From assembly GCA_963790025.1 (NCBI GenBank), contig CAWBMP010000002.1, positions 192,001 through 256,000 of the forward strand: DNA of 64,000 bases. The letters are read 5' to 3'. Positions 62,421 through 64,000 of this stretch are shown here, one piece after another. The stretch is from Nitrospirota bacterium. Its GTDB lineage: Bacteria > Nitrospirota > Thermodesulfovibrionia > Thermodesulfovibrionales > Dissulfurispiraceae. Positions within the stretch are counted from its first letter, which is position 1. The number at the start of each line of letters is the position of its first letter. Both the position numbers and the translations under genes were made by a program. A model generated the notes under the pieces. It had not been told where the DNA came from and searched no databases. It was given only the letters and a program-made list of their open reading frames with translations.

Positions 62421-64000
62421 ATGGAAAAAGACAAGAAATCATTTCTTCATTTTTACGTCGTATTGGCCCTTCGCCTTTTGCCTTTTGCCCTTAGCCTTTC
62501 TTTTTTGCCCGCTGTTCAGGCCAAGACCCTCATCCTTGAGGGAAAGATTGACAGCAGAATCAGTGTCACTCAGCAGATCACCTTCAGCCTGGACAAGCCC
62601 GTATCGACGCTTGAGTTTAAATTCGCCTTGCCTGCTTCATTCTCAAATAAAGCTGTCTATCAGGACATACAAACAATAAGCTATTCCTTCTCACCAGAAC
62701 CCGTAAGGGTCAGTGATGAGTCTGACGACTACGGTAATCATTTCAAACAGGTGTCCTGGAAAAATCTGAACAGCGATGTGCATGTCACTGTAACTTTTGA
62801 GGCACGCCTCAAGTCCGAGCTTTCAGCTATGGAGAGCACGATTGCCTTTCCAGTCAAGTCGAATGCTCCGGAAGAGGCGGTTTATTTGAGGCCCACGGAC
62901 ATGGTGCAAAGCGGCAGCGCTGAAATCATCGCAGTTGCAAAAAGGGTCACTGCGGGCGCTAGCACGGAGTATGGGGCTGTCACGGCTATTCTGAATTATG
63001 TCTCAGATACTATTAAATACTCTTACAACCCCACCCAATACGATGCACTGTACACACTAAGCACCAGGTCAGGCAACTGCCAGAACTTTGCACATCTCAG
63101 CATGGCGCTTCTGAGGGCAGTGGGTATTCCGGCAAGAATTGTGGGCGGCATCAGCCTTAAAGAGCCATGGAAGATACCTGTTGAAGGTCGTTCCTTTCTC
63201 GTTCAGAGCATGGGACAGGGAGGGCATGCCTGGATAGAAATTTATTTTCCCGATCTTGGATGGCTTTCATATGATCCTCAGCAGTCAAAGCAGTTCACCG
63301 ATACCCGTCATATAAAACAGACCCACGGGCTCGATTCAAATGATATTAACGATTTATGGCAGGCATTCCCATATTTGCCGGGCTATAGTGAGACGGTAAG
63401 CAGCCGTTTTCTTGGCGATACTATTGCGTTACAATCAAAAAGATCTGTAAAGGAGCCGAAATCCTATATTTTCAGCAATAGCTTTGTTGCCAAAGCCGGG
63501 CCGCGTGAGCAGGAAATAATTCCGGTGGAAGGGCCTTCTCAACCTCCGACACCGCCGCAGACGCCTCTACCTCCGCCACCACTTATAGCTCCGACGCCTT
63601 TTCCAACGCCACCTCCCACTTTGCCAAAAGAGAAGAAAGGGAAGGTCATTGAGTTCGGGAACATGGAATTCCCAAACTTTGTTAACCTATACCAGGTCAT
63701 CGGCGGCAGAGGCGTTAAGATCCTCGATCAGGAGACAGCCGAATATGTAACCTCGCAATATGTGTTCGCCCAGGCCTTTGAGGTTACCACTCCCCTGAAA
63801 ATCCAGGTAATTTCGCTTGCAATGCGGAAGTTCGGCGGCGACGGAACCGTATATATCGACCTCGTTAAGGACGCACATGGCAGACCGGAGCCCCCGGCAT
63901 TAGACACAGGACTGCGCTCCAGGCCGGTTTTTCTTGAAACGATCAGAAAAAATGCCGGTTATTACTGGGTCGATTTTCTCCTCCCTCCCGATGAGGCTGC
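62421..64000 (+). CDS. Exported transglutaminase-like protein with Pro-rich linker (runs off window end)
   Basis: Manual translation from ATG 62421: signal peptide ending AVQA, DDYGN, GNCQNFAHL..ALLRAVGIPARIVGG and HAWIE.YFP..GW..YDP (Cys-His-Asp triad), then PPTPPQTPLPPPP. Confidence 0.88.
   Translation, partial: MEKDKKSFLHFYVVLALRLLPFALSLSFLPAVQAKTLILEGKIDSRISVTQQITFSLDKPVSTLEFKFALPASFSNKAVYQDIQTISYSFSPEPVRVSDESDDYGNHFKQVSWKNLNSDVHVTVTFEARLKSELSAMESTIAFPVKSNAPEEAVYLRPTDMVQSGSAEIIAVAKRVTAGASTEYGAVTAILNYVSDTIKYSYNPTQYDALYTLSTRSGNCQNFAHLSMALLRAVGIPARIVGGISLKEPWKIPVEGRSFLVQSMGQGGHAWIEIYFPDLGWLSYDPQQSKQFTDTRHIKQTHGLDSNDINDLWQAFPYLPGYSETVSSRFLGDTIALQSKRSVKEPKSYIFSNSFVAKAGPREQEIIPVEGPSQPPTPPQTPLPPPPLIAPTPFPTPPPTLPKEKKGKVIEFGNMEFPNFVNLYQVIGGRGVKILDQETAEYVTSQYVFAQAFEVTTPLKIQVISLAMRKFGGDGTVYIDLVKDAHGRPEPPALDTGLRSRPVFLETIRKNAGYYWVDFLLPPDEA

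Overview
A 64 kb bacterial chromosomal window of moderate GC. The gene content suggests an anaerobe such as Nitrospirota/Thermodesulfovibrionia or Desulfobacterota; this taxonomy is an inference. The first ~25 kb is a mosaic accessory region. It holds a six-gene Hyf/Ehr-type membrane complex whose large subunit lacks the NiFe-binding Cys motifs, a TetR-regulated RND efflux operon, USP/STAS/flavoproteins, a sensor kinase, several gene fragments and IS21-derived MITEs. The 33.8-57.5 kb region is an aryl-acid/aromatic amino acid cluster with 4 paaK-like CoA ligases, 2 iorA and 2 iorB, 2 ACT proteins, a Liv-type ABC transporter, an outer-membrane barrel, PaaI, a tautomerase and DAHP synthase. The right end is a surface-lipoprotein/transglutaminase operon. 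The most notable signals are two small ORFs absent from the ORF track because each has two in-frame UGA codons followed by SECIS-like hairpins. (i) 25499-25621 encodes MKKTLSARALAKETAFWDNLKQTAKENPGKTCHK-U-KG-U-KS, a CxxUxxU peptide directly upstream of a radical SAM/SPASM gene and a YceI gene; it is a candidate seleno-RiPP system that I do not recognise as a described family. (ii) 49858-50058 encodes an SbtA-like (selenobiotic) precursor with two Sec sites and no adjacent maturase. All product calls come from motif reading, not database searches.
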